DNA of 64,000 nucleotides from Podarcis tiliguerta (lineage: Eukaryota). Position 1 is the first letter of the stretch; the number at the start of each line of letters is the position of its first letter. Position numbers and translations under genes: made by a program. Where the stretch lies: the NCBI GenBank assembly GCA_965153285.1, contig OZ229113.1. The stretch is one strand, 5' to 3'. Below, piece after piece: positions 12,890 to 26,239 of the stretch. The notes beneath the pieces were generated by a model. That model had not been told where the DNA came from. It ran no database searches and saw nothing but the letters and a program-made list of their open reading frames with translations.

Positions 12890-13340
12890 TAAGAACATAA
12901 GCCCACAACCAGGACCTGAGTGCAAGAGAACTCTCTGCATTTATATGTCCAGGCAACTCAAAGGCATATGGCCTCGGCTAGTGGAGTCAGAACATAGGCA
13001 CCATGACTAGTAGCCTTATCCTCCATGAATTTGTTGAATCCCCCTTTAAAGTCACTCAAGGTCACACCCACACCATGGCTTTCCCCCAAAGAATCCTGGG
13101 AACTGCAATTTGGTAAGGGTGGTGGGAATTGTGAGGCGTGAACTACAATCCCCATGATTCTTTGGAGGAGCCCATGTACTTTAGATACATGGTGTTGAAC
13201 GTGAGCTAAGTGGACGGACATTGCTGCATCTAGTGGGAGCAAATCCCATAGTTCAACGATGTGCTGTGTGAATAAGTACTTTCTTTTGTCTGTCCTAAAT
13301 CTTCCAACATCCAGATTCATTGGATGGCTAGACATTCTGT
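12890..13340 (-). mobile_element. CR1 LINE 3' fragment interrupted by a palindromic MITE
   Basis: Minus-strand translation GRFRTDKRKYLFTQHIVELWDLLP...FKGGFNKFMEDK matches the CR1 ORF2 C-terminus, followed by 3' UTR ending ...ttatgttctta. Confidence 0.85.
13060..13206. mobile_element. Palindromic MITE-like insertion inside the CR1 fragment
   Basis: Inverted arms catggctttcccccaaagaatcctggg / cccatgattctttggaggagcccatg; interrupts the CR1 coding homology. Confidence 0.65.
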
Positions 13341-13511
13341 TATTATGAGAGTGGCCTACGTATCTACTTTATCCATACATTTAAAGTGCTTGCACTGTAC
13401 GTAGATTAGAATTCGGCAAGCTGCTAGTCAGTCAAAGGCATGTGTTGGGGTGCAATAGAACAACCAACTCACAAGAGGAGCAGCCACAAAATAAGTGAAA
13501 GGGCAGCAGAA

Positions 13512-13531
13512 CACACACACACACACACACA
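13512..13531. repeat. (AC)n microsatellite
   Basis: Pure AC run. Confidence 0.95.
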
Positions 13532-14929
13532 CCTGAAAAGGCCCACACACAGTGTTAAAAGAATTTTATGACAGAGATGGAGGGGACAGGAGAATGAAGG
13601 CGACTGCCCAACTCACTTGTGGGAAGTGCTTTTAATAACTGCCTGCACATATTAGCAGTTCAGCATCTATCCACTTACTGCAGCGTATGCAAGTTGGACA
13701 AGTTAGTGGTCTCTCTTGATTAGATGAACAATCCTGCAGGGCTGTTAAAAGCATATGAACTTCAAAGAAGCCTCAGATCCAAGGCTCCTGAGTCAGAGTG
13801 CCTGGCATTAGAGGAGAACACAGATATCGAGTAGCAATACTAGAAACCTGATGGTGCAGTGATCATCGACAAGATGTACAGTTATCTCTTGCTATTGAAT
13901 CTACAGGAAGGGCAGAGCAGGTAGCACGGTATCCCAAGGAGAAAATGTTGAGTTAATGGATGATTTAATTATCCTCCCATTGGCTCGAATGACTTGTCGT
14001 TTATATCATAAAAGAGTAACGAGATACAGAAGAGGACAGCATTAGCGGGTGGTGGGGTGAGGCTGCCCCACTCACCTGAGCTCCAATCAGTTGCACCACT
14101 GCTGTTTTCCAGGAGAGAGGGGAGAATGATGAGGCAGCAACAAGGTCAGCATGGTGCAAATGCACCGGCAGAGCAAAACTGGCATTCCTACTGGTGCATT
14201 TGTTCTGCAACAACAGCCTCACCATCTCGCCCTCTCGGTCTCCTGGTAAGCAAAGGTCAGGTGAGCTGTGGCACCCTAAGACGATGTCTGTTACTAAGGA
14301 CAGGGCTCTTGCAAAGTCAGCAGTGCGTAGCAGAGGGAATTGCAGAAGGTGCAGCTTGTCATTCAGGCTACATCTCTCTTCCACATTCAGCTATTAACAT
14401 CACAGAAGCCCTAGCATTAATTGCATCAAGCCACCTTATTACAAAGAGTAAAAAATCTAACGCAGTCACATTTAATTTCAGAAGAGGAAATTTCTCCAAA
14501 GATGGGGATTACTTAAAAGGAGGTTGAAGAGTGGAGTCATTATGTTATTATTGATTGGGTTCCCCCCCCCCCCGCCAATCTCACAGCTCAAGGCAATGTG
14601 CAAAAGCATCGCACAATATATTTGGACTGTATAGGTCTATGGCTTGTGTTATCATGCCACCTGAGTACCATAGCACAAGGAGGACACCACCTCTCCTTCA
14701 GCAAAGGCTATATTTTTAGATCTCTTCCCATGGGTTTCTATTTTTAATTGCAGTCTGCAGGAGTGGAAAGTGAACTCATTGTCTGTCTAGATGTGAAAAA
14801 TCAAAAGCAACTTCATTTCATCAGTCTATATGATATTATGCATGCAGCATGAATAGAAGAGTAGAACCCCAGATTCCTCAGAGACATCTTGTGTCATTTT
14901 CAAGATGACAACATTGATTCTGTACTCAC

Positions 14930-14948
14930 CTGACAATCTGTTTTTCAT
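14930..14948 (-). CDS. Candidate alternative first coding exon (MKNRLS + phase-1 donor)
   Basis: Minus strand catataATG AAA AAC AGA TTG TCA G|gtgagt; consensus donor CAG|GTGAGT, in-frame upstream TGA, in a repeat-free block. Confidence 0.45.
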
Positions 14949-15471
14949 TATATGAACTCAAGCCCACACAAAAAGTGGGGAGAATGTATTGCTGGCATTC
15001 CCATTATTAAGTGTGTAACATTAAAGGCCCTTATCCCACTAGCGGTTTTATCGTCAGCCCTAAACCACATTCACGTTAGAAGTTCAACAGCAGCTGATGT
15101 TATTGCAGTTTTTATTTGGGTTTTAATTACCAATATATATGTATACAAACTGTAAACCACAAACAGTTTCCTTTCTTTCCTTTCCAAACGCCAAACACCA
15201 GACCCCACAGTAAAAAAACAGAAAGAAGCAAAGAGATATTGCCAGACCAACAGCAACTGGTATTTATTAAACAGAACTCCTACATAAAACAGAAAGGAGT
15301 GTGTCAGATTATTGGCTTCACGCTGAGACAGCTTCACACAAGGTTGCCAGATCAAAAATATAAAATTAAGAGACACTGCAGAGTGGATATGTTTTGCTTT
15401 GATTGCATATTGAGATCCAAAAGACATTTCTCCCAAGGCGAGAATGCTTAGCCACCTGGAAAAAAACTTAC

Positions 15472-15535
15472 GGATGAACCGCATGACAAAGCACGCTTGT
15501 TTGAAACAGACCAAAGTCATTCTACTAGTCCACAT
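15472..15535 (-). CDS. Candidate alternative first coding exon (MWTSRMTLVCFKQACFVMRFI + phase-1 donor)
   Basis: Three in-frame ATGs (15535, 15520, 15484) run into ATC C|gtaagt; the exonic side of the donor is weak. Confidence 0.3.
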
Positions 15536-15586
15536 GAGATACCTTGATAATGATATGTCCCCTGAGATCCCATGGGAAAAATGTTT

Positions 15587-15612
15587 AAATAAATAAATAA
15601 ATAAATAAATAA
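15587..15612. repeat. (TAAA)n microsatellite
   Basis: About six TAAA units. Confidence 0.9.
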
Positions 15613-17699
15613 AGTCACGTTGCCATTTCCAATCCCTGACATTAGATTTAAAAAAATCCAGTTTGGGAGACCACAAGGGTCCTAGATTTGCTGTCCATCC
15701 ATGAACACATAAAGAAACAAATACTCAGTCTGAGTAAATGTATTACACTATGCAAACACGGCAATATTTATCTCTGCACATATTATTGTAAAAAATTCCT
15801 GCTAATTTGATAAAAGATACATGTCTTCTTCCATCGCAAAATGACAGGCTTGTGCAGCATCTTCTTTGTGCATCATTTTGGCATCCAACCCATTCATAAT
15901 TGTTTACAAAAATATGAAATGTGTGATACGTTGCATTGAAATAAGCAAAGGCAACAAATTCAGAAGTGCATTATGACTGCTTTCTGAAAAGTTAGTTCAA
16001 TTAATAGAATGCACTTGTCTAGAATGAATATGTATGTGTTTGCATGAATACATACACACAAATGCATGCGCACATACACCTGTGCCTTACAGAAAAAGGC
16101 AGAAGATACCATGCCTTACACATCATATATCCTGCACTACCTGCTACTAGGGCTTGTGCCTTATTTAAGCAATGAAATTCAGTTCAGGTTTTCCAGATGA
16201 CCACAATACTGTAAAGTTCAGAAGAGCTGTAGCCAATGCTGGTATTCAGTTTGTTCTGTAACAACTCCAGAGATGGCTGTAGCACAGTCTCAACTCATTT
16301 CTAGCTCATATTATCTGGACAATCATCTCATAGGCACATCAGAAAAACACAAACCAGCATTAGAGATCTGCAATGAATAATTTTCAGAAGCAAATGTACA
16401 AAGGACCAGTTACAGCACATCTACTGGCAGGTGTCATTGTTGCATCTCATATGCACTTTAAAAATAAAAATAAAATTGTAGTTCTGCCATCAGTGGAACA
16501 AGATTAATACACAGAATTGCTATTGGGAATGTATATGTTGCAATTAATAAGAGCTGCATGAAGAAAGTACATAACCCCAGGCAACTGTGCGCATTCAAAT
16601 CAAGGCAAGGAAACGTACGGAAGCTGGCAGCACAGCATCTTTCATATATTGTCTGCTAGATACATACATCGCCTCCAAGAGATATTGGGAATATATGAAC
16701 AACATGACAGTGGAAAGGCCATTGTGCAATGGGTGCCTAATCAATATGAATGGTTTTCACTTGAGGTCTAGGTATATTGATTGGGCAGTGTGTGAAATCC
16801 CTTGTTTGAATTCATGTTCTTTAACAACAGTTGGGGAATGTGCAGATTGATCAACCATCTGGGTGAAAATCTTTGCTGATACTGCCAATCTGTCCATATT
16901 TTCTATGCCTTCTAGTGAATATGCACATTCTCTAGCCAATTCCAATCAACCCCTCTCTCTATATACAATCTAGGGATGTTTTGACTATTAGCAGTAGTTT
17001 TAAGTGCAACGGTGCATGGGAGAATCACACTGCCGGTAGTAAAAGAGATCCAGTCATGTCCACACTCTGAAACTGAGGTCCCCTCGGAGAAAGAGCAGGG
17101 GACACAAATGCACAGCAAACTCCCTTTCTGGGAGTGACCCAAGAAAACCTAAACTTCAGACCCTGACATTCCATCTGCAGGATCAGACGTCTCCGCCACT
17201 GTTGCCTGGGCTCCTGGGTAGATCTTGGACACAACCCACCAGTTGTCAACCAGCAGGTCCACAGGAGACAGTGAACTAGGCAGATGCAACAGGGCTGTTG
17301 GCAAAGTGCAAGGCTAACTTTCTTATGAGACTACTTAGAATGAAGGTGAAGCCTATATAGGCATCTGTCTGGACCAGAGCCAGTCTGAAAGCCAAGAAAG
17401 AGTGGAGTCTCCAGTTTCAACACAAGTAGAGATCTGGTTTGTAGCCAGCCCGCTGTCAGGTTCATATTCTTGAGCCTCTCTGAATTGGGAAATGGACAAT
17501 ACAATAATTTGTATTAGACAGTGACCCCAAAAGTGTGCCCAGTTATCAGTTGCATGCCACCAGATACAGCTCACTGTGTAATTCTATCTATTTATAGTAT
17601 ATAATGAAGAAGAGAAATGCAACTGATGTACCTATGCACATTGTACTTGATCTTTACACAGTCCATAGTTATAGAATTCTCGTCCACAAGAGGCAGGGA

Positions 17700-18190
17700 T
17701 AGACACCAACTTGGATGGCTCTTAAAAGAGGATTAGACAAATTTGTGGAGAAGGAGGCTATTAATGCCTTCTGATGACTATGTTCTACCTTCCACTTCTG
17801 GAGTGCCAATCTGGGTCTGGGTGCCAATCAGAGGTGTAAGGTGGGGGGGCGGGGCGGCGGCTTTGGGGCCATGGCCCCAGGTGCAAATTTGTGAGGGGGC
17901 GCAAACAAGCATACCTCAGACCCAGCCACAGCAGCTCTGCCACCACCTCAGGCCTGACTTGGCGGCAGAGAGCTGAAGGAGAGTGAGCAGCAGCTTTCCT
18001 GGACTGTGGCGCACGGGAGGGTGCAGACCCGGGGGCCTCTGCCGACGATGCCAGTCGCTGGGAATAACTGGAAAGCAATGTGCTGTTGTGTTCAGGTCCT
18101 GCTTTGGGCCTCCCATAGGCATCTGCTTGGCCATTGTGAGAACAGGTGCTGGACTAAATGGGTCACTGGCTCTTCTGATGCTCTTACATA
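17700..18190 (+). mobile_element. CR1 3' end/UTR with a GC-rich insertion (about 17829-18041)
   Basis: ttggatggctcttaaaagaggattagacaaatttgtggag (CR1 ORF2 end) and ggccattgtgagaacaggtgctggactaaatggg (CR1 3' UTR) flank a GC-rich block with short cagagg/cctctg ends. Confidence 0.75.
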
Positions 18191-19974
18191 AATTCCCAGG
18201 GACAGGACTCCTTTCTTCTTTTTCATCTATGCTGCAGAGAGGCTCTGTGTATGACAACAAACTACAGTGTCCCAGATTTATTTTTTTAAACTCCCGACTG
18301 ATAAATTCCCTGCAGAAAACCAGAAGCTGGATGAAGAACACAATCTATTTTAGCAGCAAATTTTTGTTTTACGTATGCATATGTTCTTTCCCCCACCCCA
18401 ATGGGAGGTTATGGAAGTCTCCTGGGTAAAATGACCCCCTTTTCTGATTGTGAATTCTGTTTACAACAGGGTGCCCTCTACAAGAATGATCGTTAATGAT
18501 GTACTTTCGAGCTCTTTTCTGCAGGGTTTATACCCAATATACAAACCCTCCTGAAGAAGACTCCGTAGCACAGAGGAACAATAGATAATCAAACACAAAC
18601 ATGCAATCAGATCTTGTAGCGGCACTACATTACACCTGGGCATGTATAGCGGAGCTGATTCTTTAATTCAATTCACCGAGCATTTAACACTGAACAAAAT
18701 CCACATTCTGAAAGCAGAATTTTCATCAGCATGAACTGTATTTACTATTCACTCTACCCACTGCCAGAAATCCAGGGACAGAATAGCACTCATCAGGTGT
18801 TTGTGGCAAATGAATGAGGGTTTAAAGAGGGCATTTGCAAGTCCAGCCCCCCAGATCCCCAAAGGCTCTTCCTGTTTTGAGAGAGGGGGTACTAAGCATG
18901 TGTGGGTGAACGCATTTAAAATCCTTCTTATGGTTGGAAATCTAGATAATACATGTTCTTGATCATATGGAGAATTCTACTTGCCTGAATAGGGCTTACA
19001 ACTAACTGAAATGTTCACAGCCCACATTATTTGGGCAGAATATCACCATATACACACTTTCATGTGATCATCCACATGGAAGGAGGCAGGGGGTAGTTGA
19101 CAACTTTTGGGGCAGGGAAATTCATTGAGTTTCAGCAGGGGGATTTATCTAAATGAATTAGCCACCTTTGTTTTTCTTCTTTTCAATCAATCAGCATCAT
19201 CAATACTTTTAGCGGTCTAGCCACTTTCAACGGCATCATTTATGGGAGGGGATATAGCTGCCCTCAATTTGCTATTAGTTTAAATGAAGCAAAGCAAAGA
19301 TTTAGCTACATAATAAAGATATGACACATACATCCCTCAAAATTTGTAAAATTCATTCACTGTTGGAGATATAATCCAATATTTGCAGGAATAGGAGGGG
19401 GTGATTTTGCCACAACTCCCGAAATTCACAGCACTTGGAGACAGCTTCACGCCCTTTCTTTGTTTTGGGTGGTGGCTCTTGGAGATGTTCATGCGCATGG
19501 ACCACTACACACCACACATCAACTGCAGTGTGACTTTACAAAGATGTGGGAAACCCATTTATCCAACAGCCTTTAGGACAAAAGCGTGAACTATCCCACT
19601 GGGAACTTATCCACAGCAGGTTCTGTTCTGGAACTAATGAGAACCACATAGTATCTTAGGCCCAATGTGTTCTTTTCAGGAGAATTAACTGAAAGAAAGT
19701 CCATTGTACATAGCTAAACATTAAGTGTTTCATGTTGACCAGAGCTAGATGTTTAAGAGGAAGTGTTAATAAATGGCAACAAACAGTACCCTCTGTTGTT
19801 CTGTGCTAGTTTCTCATACAGTTACGAAGGTGGGGAAAAAGAAATCCCCTCTCCTCTCCCGGACACGCCCTTTCTCACTTCTGGATCCTGGAGCTTTGTG
19901 GGGACCAGCCAGACCTCTTAATCCATCCCTACTCATCATCCACAATCCGATTCTCACCTGCTGGATACCCTGGT

Positions 19975-20370
19975 AGGGAGGGACGCCACTACCAATTTCC
20001 TCATTTTTCTACTCTTAAATTCAGTTTTCCATATTCCACATCTGTTTATGATTTTTTTTTTAACTTCTCATGAAAATTCACTAGCATTTTAGTTGAATTT
20101 CTCACAGTGTACATGTTCGGGTGTGTGTAACTTCACCTAATATACTCATAATTGTGAAGCAACTTTAAGTAACGTACGGGCTATTTGTATGTTATATTCA
20201 CTGCACATGCTTTTCTAGTCACACTTTACCTCATTATATGCATTTTTTTGTACATGTGAGCAATGCATTGCAAAATTCAGATTGGTGCCATGTTTTAGTG
20301 TATTGTTTTGGAAAGTGAGGATTTGGTAGGTTCACCTTTAAATATGAACTGGATCAAATCCCCACCCTAG
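19975..20370 (+). repeat. Unclassified AT-rich interspersed repeat (family of 2657-3020)
   Basis: Colinear similarity to 2657-3020; taggg...cccta ends. Confidence 0.65.
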
Positions 20371-22609
20371 CTCCAATCCCTAGACCCTGGATCCTGCTTA
20401 CTCTAACCCTAACCCTCCTCCTCCCCTAAAATGTAAAGGGAGGAAATGTAAGAAAAAAGAAAAATGAAGATTTGTTTCACAGCCCACCCCTCAGCATTCA
20501 CAGCCCACCCCTCAGGTCTACATGGGAGGATCCTTCAGATATTTGGTGCCCAAGTGGTTTAGGACTTCCTATTGTTGATTTAAGCACCTTGAATTGATCC
20601 GCAGCAACACAGAACATTCCTAGTAGATGAGAGACTCCTGTCATATTGTTGTTAGCACTAACATATATCTAGAAGCCACAGTCTTACTCTGAGCAAAGAG
20701 GTTAAATAACATGATGTGGTAAATTTAAGGTCACCCACAATTTCCTCAGGAGATTGCTACTTGTGGTAAATATTAAGCCTTTTGCTGCTGTCAGCTATCT
20801 AAGCTAATGGAGCCTAAGGAAAGGAAGTCAGCCTTTCTCTCTCTCACTCTCTCTGCAGCTTAAAGCAAAGCACTGAAAATTGTGCTTGCATTAATTCCTG
20901 TTTCATGGTCTCAGGAAGATAAAAGGCTGCAGAAGAATGCAAGGGGGGAAAGAATCTTTTCCACATGCAGACATAGATGTTCCCTGCCTGCTTCCCTCCC
21001 TCAGCACCTTAAAATGAAAACCACTTGGCTTTGATTTTCACCAGTAATCAAATGAGTCACATTTAGCCATAAATTAACATGATTAATACTGAAAAGCAAG
21101 CAGCTATTTTAAATTTGCCCACTGGCAGTCACACACATTGGCATGCGCCTGCGCACAAGCACACACACACACACAGAGTTATTCCAGGGCCTTTTATATA
21201 GTTTTGCACACACAGAGACACAAATTCCCAAAACAACTCCCCCCCCCCTTGACATCAAAGATTCTAACAAGAGGCAGCTTGAGCCAAAAGTGTGAGTTAT
21301 TCCCTATTGTAATTCCCTCATTCGTTTTGTGAGCTGGGGTGAAATACTAAGGAACAGGATTTATGGCAAACTTGGACAAATGTTATTACTCTCAGTTGCT
21401 GCATGGCTCACAAAAGAGACACGCCTGCTTTTCTGTGTGTTCCATGGCTGGTGCCCTTTTCTTATGGAGGGGCAGAGGGCAAAGTGGGGAGGGAAATGGG
21501 CAAGGCCCGATATGCATATTTTCATACACCCTCAACTCACACACAAACACCTAAAAACAAATACCTAGACACAAAATGACACTAACAAACACTCACAGAA
21601 GTCGAAGGTGGTGGGAAAGGAGAAGGGCTAGGGACTGAGAGGTGTGTGTGGAGGGGACCTTACTCTCCTCTCCCAACAGCCACTGGCCTTGCTCTATTGG
21701 ACAGAAAGAGTATTTATGTGCTGTGAAAAAGGAATACATATTTTCATAGTGCAGCACAAGAGCCAAAGGATGTGCTCAAATCCTTTAGGAAGCTCCAGGT
21801 TCAGGTGTTTATTCCTCCTGAGAGGTGGTGGTGGGGAGCTTTGGAAAGGGTGTGTAGAAGGCTCACTTAGGATCTATCCTTGGAAATAATTATGATGAAG
21901 AAAGGAAGTTCCACGGAGCCCACCAGATCTCTATGGTTTAAACAAACTCGGTGGGGCCATTTGTCCTATAAGAGCATTTCTGCAGCAAAAGCAACTCTGC
22001 TCACCCTTCTGACTTTTTTGTTGGTGGTTTACAGGACTCCATCTTTGCCATAAATACTGGAGGGAGAGTGGAATCCAAATGAGAAGATCCCTCTCCAAGG
22101 ACTAGTCCTTGGTGAATAAAGTTAAAAGAAGACATGCAGGCTGCAATGGGGGCAGCCAACCTAAGGAAGTTCATGGAAGGGACGTATCCCATTCCCTACT
22201 CTGCAGGTGCCCCATTTCACATTATTCAGAAGGGATTCCAACCACACAGAGAGGCTTTCTGAGTGAGGGGGAAAAGAATGATGGGGAAACTTTTCTTATC
22301 TGAACTTCCTTGAGTTAACTGACATTAGGATGCAAGCCAGAATTATCAGAGGCAAATGCGTCCCGCAGTCAAAAACTTCAATGGTTTTTTTGTGGTAAAA
22401 TTTCCTGTGGCAGAAAATGGCTCAAGAATATAAAGTCCCAGGATCTGGCTGGTAGATCCAGGCAAACTGATGCTGTATTTCTCAAACACCAGACTTCTTC
22501 CTAGCAACGTTAAGGACTGCAAAACATCTGTAAAAACCTGACATCAGCTTCCTGATGCTTAAAAAAACCTCCGAGGTTATCAAGGCAATTAAAGAGCACA
22601 CAGATTTCA

Positions 22610-22702
22610 GCTGCAATCCTAGTACACCCACTTATCTAGGAGTAAATCCAATTGAGCCGAATGGGGCTTACTTCTGAGTAGACATGTACAGGCTTGCACT
22701 GT
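22610..22702. repeat. Short partly palindromic squamate repeat
   Basis: tgcaatcct...cactta.ctaggagtaa.tcc.attga...aatggggcttacttctgagtagacatg; similar fragments near 30545-30620 and 61440-61495. Confidence 0.55.
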
Positions 22703-25700
22703 TAACTGCTTGCTCTGGCCATAAAACAGTTCCATCAGCTTTCACAAGGACAAGCCCAGGCAAATACTGTCCACAAACACAGATCTTTCCTAATTCTTAG
22801 CCTGCTCTATTGTCTTTCACCCCACCCTGAGATCTTCTTAGTTTGCCAGCAACATTCTGACCTGCATGCTGGCCAAGGTATATTTTCAACCTGAACTTCT
22901 GTAACTAGGAATTTTGGTCACTGATCCTTTGCCTTTTGATATAGGATACAGTATTGGCTTTCAGAAGCCCAGTGCTAGAAGTAGAGTTGGCAAATATTTT
23001 ATTTTTGGTGTGGCAGAGTCCTGATCTTTCAAGCCAGAGCGTGGGGTTCTGAGCACTTGTTGTGTTCTCTGAAGCTATTGTTGCATACATACACACATAG
23101 CCAGAGAAGAAATAAATAAATGAGGTAGGGAGAGCCCACTAAAGAGAATCAGTTCATTAAACAATAAATGCAAAGAGGTAGAGAAAAAAATGCAATTAAT
23201 ATATTGTTCGAACAAAAAAAATGCAGAAATGCAGAGATTTTAAGCACACTCAACAAAATGGAGAACAGCAACAAAAGGTTAAGAAACATCAAAAAGATGT
23301 TACAGAAAACAGCAGAGTAACAAAATAAAGGTTCTCTTTAAAATTTACAGTTACATCAATGGAAGACATTGTAAACATCCACAAGTCTGAAAGTTTGTAA
23401 CAATACAATTTTTGAGATTCCATGCTGGTTCTAAAATGACCTTGGCTTATAATTTGTAGTTTAGACACTCAGGCTCTGTGTAATGTTTGGTTTGTAAAAA
23501 GATACACAAGACCATTCCTATTTATTGCCAGCTCAAACTCTTTAAATATTCTTGTAGACCATGGAACGCTAGGGAAAATGCCCCTTCCCCAGGGGAACAC
23601 TCAATAGTAGCTTTCTTTTCCCCTGCAGTGGCTTTTGCAGGCTGGCTAGGAAGGAATACAGAACTGAAAGCCCCACCCACAGTGCCTTCCCAACAGGGAC
23701 CTGTCAGAAAAGCAACAACCCAATCGGCCTCTTGCTCATAACCTTATCCATCACTAGCATCCGTGACAAATGTCAACCACATGCCAGATGGCAGTGGTTG
23801 CTGGGCCTTCTGTGTTGAACCAACACAATGGCTTGGGGTGAAAATAAGGAGAGAGTGAGCGAGCACCGAATTCAAGTTAAAAGGTTATGCTAAAAGCAAG
23901 CAAGCTCTGGTCTGTCAGTTCTAGTTAGCGAAAACAGGACTTAAGATAAGAATGCATGGCCAAAGGACCATCCTAAAAATAAAAACTTGTGCTGTAGGAC
24001 CTATAAACGAAAACTCCCGAGGTCACTGGCAGGCTACATCAGCAAAACAAGAGCTGGCATTCTGCAGATTTAAAATATATATATACCCCACAATTCTTCA
24101 TATTCACTGTCAAATACTTATGTAGTCTTCTCACAGACATGAAGAAGACATTATATCCAGTTCTGGGACTGTCACTGACATCACCCTCCCAGACGACCCA
24201 ATGAATAGGAAACATTTCAAAATGTGCTGCTTTGCCACCTTTTCTACAGAAAAAAGCAAGAGAGCGAGAAAGCTGCCATTGTGCATTCACACACACTCAC
24301 TACAGACTTGTCCACACAATCCTGAAAAGTGCCCCACATTTCTCCTCTGTCCCACCGCCCCACCTTGATGCCACACACACAAACACAAATCCCTCACACT
24401 AGTACGATATCCAGTCCCCACGGGGTATGATATATGGAATGTCTTGCTGAGAACCAAGTGTCAATTCACTTCCTCGACCTCAGGAAGTGGGAATATGAAT
24501 TTGACAAGGCTTCACTTTTTTTGTTTTTAACATTCAGGAAGGGCAGGCACAGCAAGGAGGGAACACATAGCCTTAAAAAATATGTCAGCATACAAAAAAG
24601 GAAGGAAGATTCATGAAATGGCGGCCGCTGGGTTGCTGGTAGGGAGGGGCAGAAGCCATGTTTGGGGCATTTTTAAAAGCAAAAGTGGTGAGGAATGTAA
24701 AGCCTCTTCCTTTCTGCTGCTTTCTGGGATGTCCATCTCTTCATGGATGTTGCTCCTAAAAAGCTTTAATCCGCCACCACTGAAAAACAGCAGAAGCCTA
24801 TTGTTGATGACAGAAGGGGTGTGGGAACAAATGCAGTCCTCAAGGCCTCATTGCCCAGCCCTCAGGATTCTTTCCCGTCCATGTTCCTCACCAACCCTGC
24901 TCTATGCCCTCCTTAAATGTTGTTGGCTGGCAGGAATGTCTTATTTTACTGTCAAAGTGCCTTTCGCTTGCCTGGATGGAGAGATGTGTGCTTATAACCC
25001 TCTGCTTTTCCTGGCTGCAATGAGGTCTCCTGCATAAAGAGCCACCTCCATTGCATTATCCATTTTTGCCTCTGTCCCCACCCACCACTAGTATGTGGTC
25101 CATGGGCTGAAACAGATTCCCCAAACATGCTGCAAGTTGTTCCTCTGTTTCTCTAATCTTGGGGCACACAATGGAAGGATGCAGGTTGGGTTAGATGACA
25201 CGTAGACAGTACTGAGCCAGATTTAATAGTCGGCTAAGTATAAAAGATTTAGTAGTTGGCTAAGTATAAAAGGAATAGGTTCTTAGGACCACTTTCCTGT
25301 TTTTCACACATGCTTCTCTGCCTGTCTCACATGAAGGAATATTTTGTGTGCACTCTCTGTTTGTCAGGGCTTCAACCATTTTATAACAGAGATTTGAAGG
25401 AAAATGCAAAGAGGATTAAGAGTAAAGGCAATCTCGAGGATGGGTTTGCACATGAAAAGCAAAGAAAATGTGTTTTTTTATTTAAAAAAGGAAAAATAAA
25501 AGCTATATGGAAATAGTTTTGACTAAGCTGGAATGTGAGATGTAAGTTATTGCAGAGTTAGGTTGTTGAGTAGGCAGAATACAGGTGAGGAGGTCAAAAT
25601 TGTGCAGCAAAGGCAATTTATTTCACTCTTTGCAGAAAAGAGAGGAATTTATTCTACGTTAACAATAACCACATGCAGCATAGATATCACACACATACAG

Positions 25701-26016
25701 TTTTTGAACACAGTTATAAAGTGATAACACCTGGAACAAAAAATAGAAAAGGGGGAACCCAAACGTAGGAAGAAAATAGGCAACAAAAAACATTACCCAA
25801 GAATTCAGAGAAATATGAATTCATATCCTTCCTTTCTTTAAAGTGAGGATTTAATTGACCAAAAGAAGTCACAGGCATTAAAAGAATGAGTCTCAGCTTG
25901 CCAGAAACTAAATACAAAGAGTTCAGAGATGGCTATTCCCATTTAACAAAAACACACCAGTATTCAGAGGGCTAGTTCTGTTTCTCTTTCAAATATTTCC
26001 TGATATTTTAGACATA

Positions 26017-26239
26017 CAGTCATACCTCATGTTATGGCCGCTTCAGGTTACGTGTTTTTGGGTTGCAGACTGCGGGAAACCCGGAAGTACCGGAACGGGT
26101 TACTTCCAGGTTTCGCCACTTGCACATGCGTAGAAGCGCCAAATCGCGCCTGCGCAGACACGGTGCTTCAGCATGTGAACGCTGCGGGTTCCGGACGTGC
26201 CTCTGTCACGGATTACGTCCGCAACCTGAGGTTCCACTG
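26017..26239. mobile_element. Tc1/mariner (Tigger-like) MITE, CpG-rich subfamily
   Basis: TA|cagtcatacctc ... gaggttccactg|TA; high retained CpG content suggests a young insertion. Confidence 0.85.

Noticed and set aside
15071-15676. Longest ORF in the track (201 aa, minus)
   Set aside because: Non-ATG start, runs through a (TTTA)n microsatellite, no recognisable domain; only the part before the 15471 donor is kept as a candidate exon.
20401-20416. ctaaccctaaccct telomere-like motif
   Set aside because: Only two units; expected by chance.
20477-20515. 21-bp tandem duplication (tcacagcccacccctcag x2); a similar one at about 25227-25272
   Set aside because: Simple local slippage duplications with no further structure.
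26017-26239. CpG-rich patches (also about 17830-18050 and 43700-44020) as CpG-island promoters
   Set aside because: All fall within transposon-like insertions.
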